A DNA stretch of 63,072 nucleotides, filler included, from Octopus bimaculoides (taxonomy: Eukaryota): the NCBI RefSeq assembly GCF_001194135.2. It is 3 parts of 3 records of this genome, joined end to end, with 100 filler letters (N's around TTAATTAATTAA, not from the genome) between each part and the next. Parts side by side here need not be neighbours in the genome. Positions count along the whole stretch, not along the records: positions 1 to 28,823 come from NC_068982.1; 2 more parts are not named here. The stretch is one strand, 5' to 3'. This document shows positions 12,259 to 24,306 of the stretch, piece by piece. Position 1 is the first letter of the stretch. The number at the start of each line of letters is the position of its first letter. Made by a program: the position numbers and the translations under genes. The notes under the pieces were generated by a model. It had not been told where the DNA came from and searched no databases. It was given only the letters and a program-made list of their open reading frames with translations.

Positions 12259-13489
12259 GAACACAGAAAGAAACAAGTAGAGAAAACAAGAATGTGTAGT
12301 GGCTAGCGATCTATCATGGCGAATGCCGGACAGAAAAGTCATATATATATATATATGAGAGAGAAAGAAAAAGGTTGAAGATATAGAGACGATATAGCAA
12401 AGATAAAGACAGCATAATGTGAAATAATTTCAAATGTCTGTTTATTTGCATGGGTTTATTTGTATAAGCTATATTTCCCTGTTCCTAAACAAGTATTTTT
12501 CAGAATGCCAGCATTTCCCAAATATTTCTCTTTGAACACGAGATGAAAGAAATTTTCGGCAAGTTGCAGGTTCTTCCAAAAATATGTTACGGTATTGAGA
12601 AAACATTATCTTTAGCAGACTAAATCTATGCAAATATGTGATTTATTCAACTGTTTTATTGAGTCAGACAATAAGCTTAGTAGCGCATAGTTACAACATC
12701 CTCATTCTGTGTTTAAACTCTGACGAGGTCGTATTTCACATTTATTTCCTAGTGTTGATAAAATAAACGTGTGTCAAAGCATTGGCTATAAATTTTTGAA
12801 ATTACGTCACATTAGGCTTTCTTTGTCTTTGCTCTTCCATTTCTTTCCTTCACTACCTTTTCTGCCATATTTATCAACTTTATAATTTTTTTATTTCGGT
12901 ACTCATCTTCCTCCCTCTGCTATTATGTTCTTTCCTCCTTTGATAATGTATCAACCCTGCTTCCTTCTATGTAAGTCATTTGATCTTCCATGATATTTAA
13001 AAAAAGCAAAACAAAACAAAACAAATTTTTTAACATCTCCAAAGTTAACACCGGAGACAGTCAAGAAGAAAATAACCCACGTCAACTATCTAAGAGTTAT
13101 TTAGATCAATGGAGGCAAAAGCGTTTATTAATATACATTTCAAAAAACATTTTTCGTAATATCTCTATATTAGTGTAGATATAGGACCTGAAGAAGTGCT
13201 TAGTACGACACCGTTGAAAGCTGGGTATTTTACTCGTATCGCTTTATAGATTTAATTACATTACTCATCATTTTTTTGTATCGTGTGCCCTCTTTTTTTT
13301 TTTGCCAATTTTCACATTATTTACATGAATTTTATACGTTCTATAGCTTCATTAAAAGTAAGGAAAGAATTAAAAAATCTCACGTTATAACGAATTTACC
13401 AAATCAAAAATAAATACACAAAAAGACATTATAATCATACCATAGTAAATATATAAAACTCTGATTATTAATAAAACTAACAGCTACTA

Positions 13490-13710
13490 AAAGTGGCGAG
13501 CTGGCAGAATCGTTACCACGCTGGGCAAAATGTTTAGCAGCATTTCGTCCGTCTTTATGTTCTGAGTTCAAATGCCGCCGAGGTCAACTTTATCTTTCAT
13601 CCTTTCAGGGTCGATAAAATAAGTACCAGTTGAGTACTGGGGTCGATGTAATTGACTTAATCTCTCCCCCGAAATTGCCGGCCTTGTGCCAACATTTGAA
13701 ACCAATATAT
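13490..13710 (+). mobile_element. SINE family B, full-length
   Basis: GTGGCGAGCTGGCAGAATCG...GGCCTTGTGCCAACATTTGAAACC. Confidence 0.9.
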
Positions 13711-13968
13711 TAGTCTTAGCAGAATTAGTGGAGAGGAGATACAGTTGTGTCGCGCTCAAAGGACTTGCAGTATTTAGTTACACCCATTACCTTCTGAGTT
13801 CAAATCTCTCCAGGATTGACTTTAATCTTGTCCCTCGATGAAATAATTACAAGTTAGTTTACTAATTATTTGTGGTTTTGTGACTATATAATGGTATTTG
13901 GCTTCATCTGAATGCTTTTATACACAATAAGAAAAAAGAAACAGCAATAAAAGAATTCCTATACATAC

Positions 13969-14115
13969 CCATGTTTTCAATTTAAATTAAATATGTTAAA
14001 TATCAGTCTAATATCGTTGTCAATCTTGATTGGAGCAATTAGATATGTATCGGTTATCTTCTCGCTCTAGCAGAGTTAATTGTACCAAAGGCTTTGCAAC
14101 TTTCTGTTACGTCGA
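13969..14115 (-). CDS. Probable 5'UTR exon ending with the start codon plus 1 nt (ATG G; coding part 13972-13969)
   Basis: aaaacATGG followed by GTATGT donor (13968-13963), and acceptor atcattttgtttcAG (14117-14116). The phase-1 end joins AA of exon 6734 to give M-E-V-P-Y-K. Confidence 0.55.
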
Positions 14116-14459
14116 CTGAAACAAAATGATACTTTTTGTCGGACAATTCTCTCTTTTATAGTGAAAATAAGTTTCATTTTCGCAGGAAGTTTTTTTTTCC
14201 GTAAAAGAATTGAAAAAATAATTCCCAGGAATGAATGGGGTGAGTAAAGTAGAATATGTTTGAATTCGAAAGTAGGAAAATTTTTAATTGAATATTACTG
14301 CCGCTTGTGCCGGATAATAGATCATTAGCTGAAGCTTGTCATTAATCACATGGTAGTTAATAATTGTCATGAATAAATCAAGGAAGTAATAGAGTTGTAT
14401 GAAAAAAAAGAGCCTTTTGTTATAATGTTGATGAAAAGCAATAAGCATTATTATGATTG

Positions 14460-16195
14460 TAGATTTCAAATTTCGCTGAGGTCGACTTTCCCTTTCACTC
14501 TTTTGGTGACAATAAAATAAGTACCAGTTGAGCTCTTCCCCTGAAATTTCAGGATTTATGCCTGAAGTAGAAAGCATTATTCTTTTCTTTTCTACTTTAG
14601 GTACAAGGCCCAACATTTTGGGGGAGGGGGCCAGTCGATTAGATCGACTCCAGTACGCAACTGGTATTTAATTTATCGATCCCGGAAGGATAAAAGGCAA
14701 AGTCGACCCCGGTGGAATTTGAACTCAAAACGTAAACACAGACGAAATACCGCTAAGCATTTCACCCGGTGTGCTAACGGTTCGACCAGCTTGTCGCCTT
14801 ATAGAAAGCATTATTATGACCGTAGATGTATCATTGGTAATGTCGAACAAAAAAATTTTACGGCACAAAGTTACGACTTTTTACATTTTGCGCTCAAACT
14901 CCGACAGCGCCGAATTTTATATATATTTATTTTAATAATGCCAACAACATAAATATTAGTCAAGTACAAGTTCATCAGAATTGACTATAGTATAACAAAA
15001 TTTGTAGCTTTGAACATTATACTTATGAGCAACATATGTCTAATTTATTAGCATTTATTATAATAATCTTTTTCTTTCTAATTTTGGAACAAGGCCAGCA
15101 ATTTTTAGGGGGCAGGAAATATGTCGTTTACACAGACTACAGTACTTGATGGTTATTTTATTCTATCGAGTCGAAAAGATTAAAGGAAAAGTCGACCTCA
15201 ACAGAATTTGAACACAGAACGTAACGAGCAAAAAGAAATGTCACCGAGTATTTTACTCCCCCGCGCTAATGGTTCTGCCAGCTTCCCGCCCTGAAAATAA
15301 TCCTTTCAACTATTGAATTAAGGCCTGCAATTTGATGGGAAGGGCCTAGTTGATAACATGGATCCCTACACTTGAATGATACTCCATCGACCCCGAAAAG
15401 ATGAAAAGTTATGTCTACCTTGTCGAAATTTGAACTTAGAAAGTAAAGTCGGAAAGAACGCCACCTGATGACAACAATAATAATACTTTCTATTATAAGT
15501 ACAAAGCCTGAACTTTGCAGAGCAGAAGGGTGTTAGTTGATTACACCCCAGTTCTTAACTAATACTAAGTCTATACATTCTGAAGATTAGTATACTCGAT
15601 TATACTTACCCCAGTGCAAGATTGGCGCCTGTTTTATTGACTCTGGAAGGATGACAGACGAAGATGACCTTGACAAGGCTTAGATTCAGAACGTAATGGA
15701 ATGTAACGAAAAGCTGCAAGGCAATCTACCGTTTCTGTAATTTTAGTTCTATATCAACAGCAATAATTATTGCTTTTAATATAGGTGCAAGGTTTGAATT
15801 TTTAGAAACGGGATCAGTCTAGTAAATTGTTTCTGAATATGATTGGCATATTTCATTGACCCTAAAAGGACGAAAAGCAAAGTTGACCACGGTAGGCTTT
15901 GGACCAAGAACGTAGAGTCGGAAAAAAATCAAAACACTTTGTCCGACGCTCTAACGATTCTGCTCATCAACTTCCCTATAATAGTTATTTCTCACGTAGG
16001 CACAAGACCAGAAATTTTGAAGGAAGGGATTACTCGATTAAATCAACTCCAGTACTTGATATGTACTATATATTATAGTACTTGAAAGGATGAAAGGCAA
16101 AACTGATCCCGGCGAAATTTGAACACGGAACGTAAAAGGCCGGAACAAATGTTGTAAAGCATTTCATCCGATGAGCTAACGATTCGGCCAACTGA
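14460..16195 (-). mobile_element. Cluster of one partial plus-strand and about six head-to-tail minus-strand family B SINEs
   Basis: The AAAG(T/G)CGACC...GAATTTGAAC motif recurs near 14700, 15190, 15410, 15660, 15880 and 16100; the copies are mutually diverged. Confidence 0.8.
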
Positions 16196-17481
16196 TGAAC
16201 TAAATTTACCGACATTATTATGAACCGCCGAGCCCCCAGAAACAGCTGTTGGACTTATAACACCTTTCTTCCACCCCTTTAATTTTCTCTGTCATTTGTA
16301 CTCTGTGAAAGTTGAACTTATTAATATAAACTAGCAGAAAGACCACCCTCCGGGCGGTTTTATACTAGCTCCTTGATAATATTTTCACATTTGATTCTTA
16401 ATTCTAATAATTTTTATATTTTACGTCTAATTATTCCTTTGTATAATCGTACTCACTTGCTTAGTAAATATTGCTTTCATTATTTTATCAGTCATAATCT
16501 CTCTTTTTCAAACAACCATCACGGTAGTCCAACAACAAGGAAGAAGAAGTTTGTCAAGTTTTACCTTCTCCTCAAAGCAACATAGAGATTTCAATTCAGC
16601 AACCAATCTGTAAGTTTTGTAGTGTGTGTGAGAGAGAGGGGGAGAGAGAACACTGTAAACAATGAGTGAAATAAGCATGAAATGAAAAAGTAAAAGGGCA
16701 TATTACAGGTGTATACGCCCCCGACTTTGTTGCCTCATAACATCCAGAAAAATGGATACTTTTTAACAAAATTTTCTACAAATACCGCTTAGATGTTGTG
16801 GCTTCAGAGTATATAGGGATTTATGGGAAAGAATTTTTCCGGGGGAGGGGAGGAGTTTCGGAGAATTCACACGATCTGAATTTTTTCTCTCACAGCTTTC
16901 AGGAAGATGGGTATCTTTTAATGAAAATTTATAGAAATCTCTTTCAAACGGCATAGATTACGATTATAAAGAAATTTGTGTGGAAAATTTTTTCGGGCAT
17001 TTCCCCNNNNNNNNNNNNNNNNNNNNNNNNNNNNNNNNNNNNNNNNNNNNNNNNNNNNNNNNNNNNNNNNNNNNNNNNNNNNNNNNNNNNNNNNNNNNNN
17101 NNNNNNNNNNNNNNNNNNNNNNNNNNNNNNNNNNNNNNNNNNNNNNNNNNNNNNNNNNNNNNNNNNNNNNNNNNNNNNNNNNNNNNNNNNNNNNNNNNNN
17201 NNNNNNNNNNNTACTATAAAAAAGAAAATTTGAGAAATTTTGAATTTTTACAACCCCACTCTCTGCCCCCGATTGTTTCTGTTTAGAAATTAAAATATTG
17301 GAGAACCAGAAAAGGTCATTGCTGACATTCATCCACAGTGATTTTAAAAAAATTACAGAGATGTACTTGCATAGCAAGTGACTTGACCTGAGATCGTGTG
17401 CTGCAACAAAAACAATAGTAGCATGGAAGAAGTTTGTAAGCCATTCAAGAACACACAAAAACCGTTAGCTTCACGGCACTA

Positions 17482-17697
17482 CTTAAATACAGAGGACCCG
17501 ATGCATCTACGTAACGATATGAAGGGGATGGTTAGTTTTTAGGGTTAGTTTTAGGGTTAGAGTTAGGGTTAGTTTTAGGGTTAGTTAGGGTTAGGGTTAG
17601 GAATAGGTTGTCATTACACGTGCACACAGCGTATATTTGAAATGTTTTGTACATAACACCTGTATTTAAGTACCGTTAAGGGACCTCTGTATTTAAG
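17482..17697. mobile_element. MITE-like element with 18-bp inverted termini and an internal TTAGGG-containing array
   Basis: cttaaatacagaggaccc (17482-17499) vs gggacctctgtatttaag (17680-17697), 17/18 match. TTAGGG units at 17539-17601. Confidence 0.7.
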
Positions 17698-17970
17698 CAT
17701 TACCAGTTTCACTTCAACATTAAAATTTCATTTGTGTCAAAATATTTTTGTCGCTTTGAGACCGCGACCTGTTCACTGACATAACTGCACAAAAGTGATG
17801 CAGNNNNNNNNNNNNNNNNNNNNNNNNNNNNNNNNNNNNNNNNNNNNNNNNNNNNNNNNNNNNNNNNNNNNNNNNNNNNNNNNNNNNNNNNNNNNNNNNN
17901 NNNNNNNNNNNNNNNNNNNNNNNNNNNNNNNNNNNNNNNNNNNNNNNNNNNNNNNNNNNNNNNNNNNNNN

Positions 17971-18010
<40 letters not shown>

Positions 18011-19149
18011 TCATTGCCTTTCATTTGTGTATATGTGTATCTAGTGCGAGTACTTGTCGGTAACCTTTTTCTTCTGCTCGTCTTCTAATAGTAATTACTC
18101 AACTTTCTAGGCTCTTCTCACAGCTATCCTGCGTTCAAAAATTATACAGATACTTAAAAAAAATTTTCGTTCAATACATAGTGTTGTTAAATTACGTATA
18201 TATATTAATAAAATAAACAGTCGGTTTTTCCAAATAGCGAACTAAAACTTAAAAGAGAAAGTGAGAGACTTTGCAAATGAAAATGGAATACTCTGCAGTG
18301 AGTGCAATGAATATATAAATTTGTGAAGAACTGGACACAGTGAATGCAATGAATATTTAAATTTGCGAGAAATTGGAGTTAAAAAATTCAATAAACTTGA
18401 GAAATCGAAATTATAGGAAATTTCTGAGAACATGAATTTATAAAAATATTTCCAGACGGTCAACTTTTTAATAATTGCTTTCTTTTAGTGCTTTTAGTAA
18501 TTGTTACATACCTAATTAATAAGCACCTTCTCCATTATAGTATACATATCTTTATATTTATACTAAAAGAGATTGATCATCTGAAAGTCTCCACCTTTTG
18601 CTTTCCATCGTTTTGCATGTATACAAATATGCATATTTTGTATTTCATACATAAACTAATATATTTAATACATTTAATATATTTGATGTATCTAATTTGT
18701 TCATCCGCATAATTACCCCCTCTCTCTCTACATACACACACACACCTTCACACACATTCGCCAATAGAGTGATTATAACGATATTTATACAATACAGTAT
18801 TACTGATCCTTTTCGACCGATTTTACCTATCGTGTTTGTGGAGTTTTTGTGGCTCGGCGCTGATTAGAAAGACCGGTAGTAAAAGTATCGTGGGATAAGT
18901 TTTGAGAGCTATTTCATCTAAAGTTACGTCTCCTGCACAAGATTCAGAATGTCCACCCGATGTAAAGTGTAACTTGCCTGCAGAATGTAGTTAGGGTTTG
19001 AGTGCTTGTGGTATGGAGTTGATATATGCAGTGGAGGTGGAGCAAATGAGGATGGGATGGGTGTTCAATCTTAAAATCATGTGTGAGTGGAAAACCTTGC
19101 GCTAAGCCTTCAGGCTGTGGTAGTGGGAAGTACAGGTGATGCAAGCTCT

Positions 19150-20340
19150 AACGTCTACAATCACGGACCAGTTCACCAGTATCCCAGCTCATATTTGCTT
19201 TCATGTGTGCAGGATCGGAGAATTTCGCTTTTACAGTTTAGGTAGCTATCCAGTCGAAGAGAGTCCTTTAATATAGTTATTTTCTCTGACATGCAGAGCC
19301 TGCACCTCCTACTGCTATTGAGGTAAGGCTTGCACCTCTCCTATACTCTCTAATTGACGCTGTTATACGTGGTGCACTTTTTCAACGATTATTTATGTCT
19401 AGTTAGGGCTGTGACATTTCGCATCTTTGGATATTAGAGGAGGACTTATAGTTGTAAAACCTGACCCTGATATATACGGCGGTCTCTATGTTGCACAGGT
19501 CGTTAAGTGGACATGCGATGTTGCCTTTGCATGAGTGTCCTGTTTCTTAGTTATGGCCAAGCAACTAAAATTTTTAACTAGGTGTACAGTAAAAGAAACT
19601 TTTTAAGTATGTCTATTAAATATTTTTCTGAATACATGCGTTTGAGGAAGGAAGTCTTTTATCCATTAACCTAAGAAAGCTCTTACCTAGACACGTTTTG
19701 ACGTTCAGGAAATGTTAACAATAAAACTTTCCAGTGACGTTTTTTCTTGGTGGGGTTAAAGTCGGGCTTTAAACTAATCCTATGTTTAAATATCCTTGTT
19801 CTAGTATGGGTCCGTGGCATTGAAAATCCTTTTACTCGAAGGTAGTTACAGTTCCTTCTCCTGACCCCGTTAACCAGGTTCCTGAACACTAAGGCTGGAT
19901 GACAGGAAGCTGTAATAAAATGTGTCAGCTTTGCTGTTTGTAGGGTCTCCATCTGACTTGCACTCAAGTTATATAAACATTCACTCTCACTAATTATGTT
20001 GATGATTCAAGGCAATTAAGAACCTTAGTAATGCAACTAATCTACTACAATACCTTAATGCGACATAGAAGTGAATTGTAGAAAATAATATGCAATTAAA
20101 CGTTGAGAAATTTCATGCATTTTGTCAGCCCACAAATACTCCACAAACATTCAGGGAGGATTACAATTCTCCAGTCAAAGATCAGAGAATGACATAGGGA
20201 TAAATATGAGTAATGATGCTTATTTTTATATTTACATCACCATCAGCACATATCCATCTGGATTATTACTACCAAATAATACCATTAAGCAGCCAGCAGA
20301 TCTTGAAGCAAACTAACGATGTTTCACGAAGATAGCCTCA
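19150..20340 (-). pseudogene. Degenerate Penelope-like element (RT thumb, linker and endonuclease)
   Basis: Minus-strand remnants KRHWKVLLLTFPERQNVS, RAFLRLMDK...FRKIFNRHT.KVSF and SCKGNIACPLNDLC follow the PLE domain order; many stops. Confidence 0.65.
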
Positions 20341-20393
20341 ATGCAACAAACACAAAGAGACACCTACACATATAATTATATGTATTTTTGTTG

Positions 20394-20422
<29 letters not shown>

Positions 20423-20431
<9 letters not shown>

Positions 20432-20727
20432 AATATATATATGCTGAGACCCCCTTCGGTCATGACTGACCATGGGATTGCACCTAGAAAGTTACCCTCC
20501 CAGGCACAAGTCCGGGCAAGGTTGTTTATGGAAGACCAGCAGTCGCCCATGCATACCGGCCTCCTCTCACCACGTCACCAGTGTTATCCAAGGGAAAGGC
20601 AAAGGCCGATGCAGCTTGGCACCAGTGACGTCGCAACTGATATCTACAACTGAGTGAACTGGAGCAACGTGAAATAAAGCGTCTTGCTCAAGAACACAAC
20701 ACGCACCCCGGTCCGGGTTTCGAACTC
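20423..20727 (-). mobile_element. tRNA-derived SINE (head H2 + tail T3), 5' end lost in a gap
   Basis: B-box GAGTTCGAAACC followed by TGTTCTTGAGCAAGACGCTTTATTTCAC as in H2; the tail differs from T1 and T2. Confidence 0.8.
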
Positions 20728-20869
20728 NNNNNNNNNNNNNNNNNNNNNNNNNNNNNNNNNNNNNNNNNNNNNNNNNNNNNNNNNNNNNNNNNNNNNNNNN
20801 NNNNNNNNNNNNNNNNNNNNNNNNNNNNNNNNNNNNNNNNNNNNNNNNNNNNNNNNNNNNNNNNNNNNA

Positions 20870-20943
20870 CTATGGAAAGTGCGGGTAATATGTATCCCAG
20901 TAGTTATAAGTACATTGGGAACTATCCCTAGAGATTTGAACAG
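20870..20943 (+). mobile_element. Small C-terminal fragment of a REL-endonuclease LINE
   Basis: LWKVRVICIPVVISTLGTIPRDL, similar to the fragments at 61000-61300 and 61675-61888. Confidence 0.6.
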
Positions 20944-22610
20944 AGCTGCATGGGATGGAGTACACGCAGTTCTTAGTCATATTCTCTTCTATTGGTCGTT
21001 TTACTCGAAGGAGATATTTACGAAGTGTTGTATTACTTTTGAATACTGTCCTGATGTCATATGGGCCGCATATCTTTTGTATCTTTGCGGAGAGGCTTTT
21101 CACATAGGGTAGACAGACTGTGGACAGTTTATCGGTTTCATCCTCTCTTTTCTTCGTAATTGGAGTGGAGAGTATGCTTTTGGGGTAGTTGTTACTTAAT
21201 AGATCGTTACTGAGCTTGATCATTTCTTCGTGGTGGGTATCACGATCGCTACTTATGTTCATTACTCAATGTTTTAGGCACTGAGCAATCCCTCTCTTAA
21301 CGCTGTTTGTATGGTCAGTTGAGGTTGAGGTATCGTCCAGTGGAGGTCGGCTTGCAGTATACGGATGTCCTGAATTTGATGCATGTTATTAATACGTCCA
21401 GGAATGCTAGCTGATTGTCTTTTTCTCGGAAAAACTGGCAAGTTTTATAAGTGATGGTAGCTACAGCAAAGTAAAGAAAGACCCTACTTTGAAAACAGAG
21501 AGGAAGTTGTCATAGATCTTGATCAAGAACAAGGGTCACTTTACACCAATGAAGTACAGACAACTGTTTTAACACTACAGTAAACTACTGCACATGTACG
21601 GTCTTCCTATGATTCACAAAGATGGTATTCCATTAAGACCTATAGTGAACTGTAGAGGTTCAGCATGTCATCCGCTGAGCCGCTTCCTTGTGGTTATAAT
21701 CAGTCCATTAGCAGGAAAGTCAACATCGTACGTGAAGAATTCCACCCACTTCACAGAATTGATCAAGGATGCCCCCATTGAATCCAACCAGATGGTGAGT
21801 CTAGCTGTGACAAGTCTGTTCACCAAAGTCCCAACTGGTGAAGCACTCTTGATGATACAAGAAAAACTAGTGACAGACACCCATCTAAAAGAACGCACTA
21901 GTATACCAATAAGAAACTTGATGTAAATGTTGATCTTCTGTGTAGAAACTACCTACTTCAGTATGGACACTGATATATATCGACGAGAGGAGGGTTTAAC
22001 TATGGGTTCGCTATTATCATCGATAATAGCCAATATATACATGGAATACTTTGAGAATTTGGCTTTAAGATAAACGCCACTAAAACCAACCCTATGGCTG
22101 CTATATGTTGATGATACCTTCATACTCTGGCCCCACCAGGAAGATGTCTAAGCGTGCTGTTAGATTATGTGATCTTAGTAAAGTCATCCATAGAGTTCAG
22201 AATGGAAAAAGAAAAAGACAATTTTACTGTAGTGTTAAATCAGTTGTCTGTATTTCATTGGTGTAAAGTGATCCTTGTTCTCCATCCCATGCAGCTGTGG
22301 TAGGTTATACAAAGGCGAAACATGCTGCCCACTCAAAATAAGGGTAGAGGAACATCGTAAAGCTGTGAGACTGGGAGATATTGATAAATCGGCTATAGCT
22401 GATCATGTATGGAAAAATGGAGACCACCTCCCCCTGTGGGATGAAGTTAAAATAATAGACAGGGAACACCACTGGAAAATACGAAAACTAAAAGAAGCAG
22501 CACATATGCTAGGACACAACAAGCTCCTAAGCAGACCGAGTGCAGATATGAACAGCATATGGGAACCGGTATTAAGGAAGGATAGGAGAATATTAGATTT
22601 ATAAGCCCTA
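20944..22610. pseudogene. Penelope-like element (RT + GIY-YIG) with an internal segment inverted and displaced
   Basis: Plus strand 21430-22222: YGLPMIHK..PLRPIV, EEGLTMGS, YVDD. Minus strand 21426-20944: EKDNQLAFLDV...CVYSIPCS. Plus strand 22280-22604: IPCSCGRLYKGET...KEAAH. Confidence 0.9.
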
Positions 22611-22633
22611 AAATTCACTCCGTAATTGCCCAC

Positions 22634-22923
22634 GGGCATATGGCGTAGTGGTTAAGAGTGCGGGCTACTATCCCCAAGATTCCCAGTTCGATTCCAGGAA
22701 TTATTCGACGTGAATAATAATAATAATAATCATAGTGTCAACAACAACATCGAAAAATACCTTAGGAATAAGAACCCAGGCTCGCAATTTCCCCAAGACA
22801 CCTCATGAAAACTAAAGGGTATATCAGCTGAAACGTTGTGTTAACAACAAACAAGTCGAAAACAAATATCCGTCAATTGTGAATAATGTACATAATTCCT
22901 CATCTCTTAAATATAGAACTGTA
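22634..22923 (+). mobile_element. tRNA-headed short element carrying a degenerate hammerhead-like motif (22798-22841)
   Basis: A-box TGGCGTAGTGG (22641-22651), B-box AGTTCGATTCC (22685-22695), and ACAC-CTCATGA...GAAA-CGTT-GTGT. Confidence 0.65.
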
Positions 22924-23029
22924 CTGTTGTGTGTATATGAAAAAAAAAAAAAATCATAATTCAATAACAGTCGCACTCTTGTTATTATTTCTTTATTAAT
23001 AATAACAACAACAACAACAATAATAATAA

Positions 23030-23226
23030 TAATGGTTTCAAATTTTTTCTCAAAGGCAGCAATTTGAGGGAGGGAATGAATCGATTTTATCGACTCCAGT
23101 GTTGAACTGGTACTTATTTTATTGACCCCGAAAGGATGAAAGGCAAAGTCGACTTCAGCAGAATTTGAACTCAAAACGTAGCGGCAGACGAAATACCATA
23201 AAGCATTTCGCCCGCAGCTCGCCGCC
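23030..23226 (-). mobile_element. SINE family B flanked by (TAA)n
   Basis: Matches family B, with a short internal deletion. Confidence 0.88.
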
Positions 23227-23829
23227 TTAATAATAATGATGATAATAATAATAATAATAATAATAATAATATGTTATTTGTATTTATTAGAATATGTTGG
23301 TGTGCATTATAAAGAGTGCGAAAGGAATTCTGAATCAGTTCATTCCTCTATCTTCTTTGCATAAATGTGTTAGTGCGCTTTTTGTGTGTGGCTTTATTTT
23401 AGAAAATTATGTGGGACATTCTTTGAAAATTCGGGGACATGTAATTTCTTCCTGATATTTTTTTTTATATTGTGGAATTGTAATCTCAGTTTTTATGCGT
23501 GTTATTATATGTAAATGTTAGTATGTGTGTATATATATCCGATCTATGCAATTGGGACAGTTTTAAATTAGAATAGCAATCTACGAATCATACTTAATGT
23601 ATAACACACTATTGACAGGTGGTATTTGTCCTAAGATAACATTCATCTCGTGTTTGTCTAGGTTGCTAAGATGTATGCTACTGGGCATTTTGAGATTTCT
23701 TTTAGCTTATTTTTGGATGCTACTTTAGCGTGTGGTCTACCGCAGTATCCTGTCTACGCTGTGAAATTACTTTTAGCGAGCGGTCTACCTTTTCTTACCC
23801 TCTTAACCTGAGTTAATTTTAACCATTAC

Positions 23830-24306
23830 AATGCTGTTAAAGGATTTACAGAGGAAACAGCAGTTGCATGTTTACAAGAAAACAATCTTCTGGATACATC
23901 AGAAGAAGCAGACCCTTGTCATCGATGTGATAGCATCAGGCAAGAAAAACAAATACGTGACAGAAGTGGAAATTACAGGCCTATATTCCGCTGTCCTTGA
24001 AAAGGGTGTCAAACTTCGTGTTCTCTTCAGAAAGGTAACCGTTTTTTTTTTTTCATTATATGGACATCAACAACAAGTTGCACTGCAATTTGACTTTGTG
24101 CGAGATTTTAGAGCTGGTATTCTTTTTCGTAATGGAGAAACACATGAATAAAGCAATGACTCTAACCGGAAAGTCTTCCAGTACGGTAAATGACTGGTAT
24201 GAGATGTGCAGAGAGTTGTGTGGAACCATCGTTTCTCATCTCAATGGGGTAAGATGGTTGGAACAAACAACAGCCTCATTGAAATTGATGAGGCAAGATT
24301 TGCTGG

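Noticed and set aside
13180-13240. CTGAAGA...GAAAGCT hammerhead-like string
   Set aside because: Stem II is poor and the cleavage triplet would be CUG (not NUH); at best a decayed PLE terminus.
16331-16368. 38-bp CTAG...hairpin...CTAG resembling a Helitron end
   Set aside because: Too short, with no matching other end identified; could be chance.
19689-19905. Exon-like minus-strand segment with a strong acceptor and donor and an open frame
   Set aside because: It lies inside the degenerate Penelope element and its translation follows the PLE linker region, so the splice signals are probably incidental.
22634-22700. Intact tRNA gene
   Set aside because: A and B boxes are present, but the acceptor stem and 3' end do not close; treated as a SINE head.
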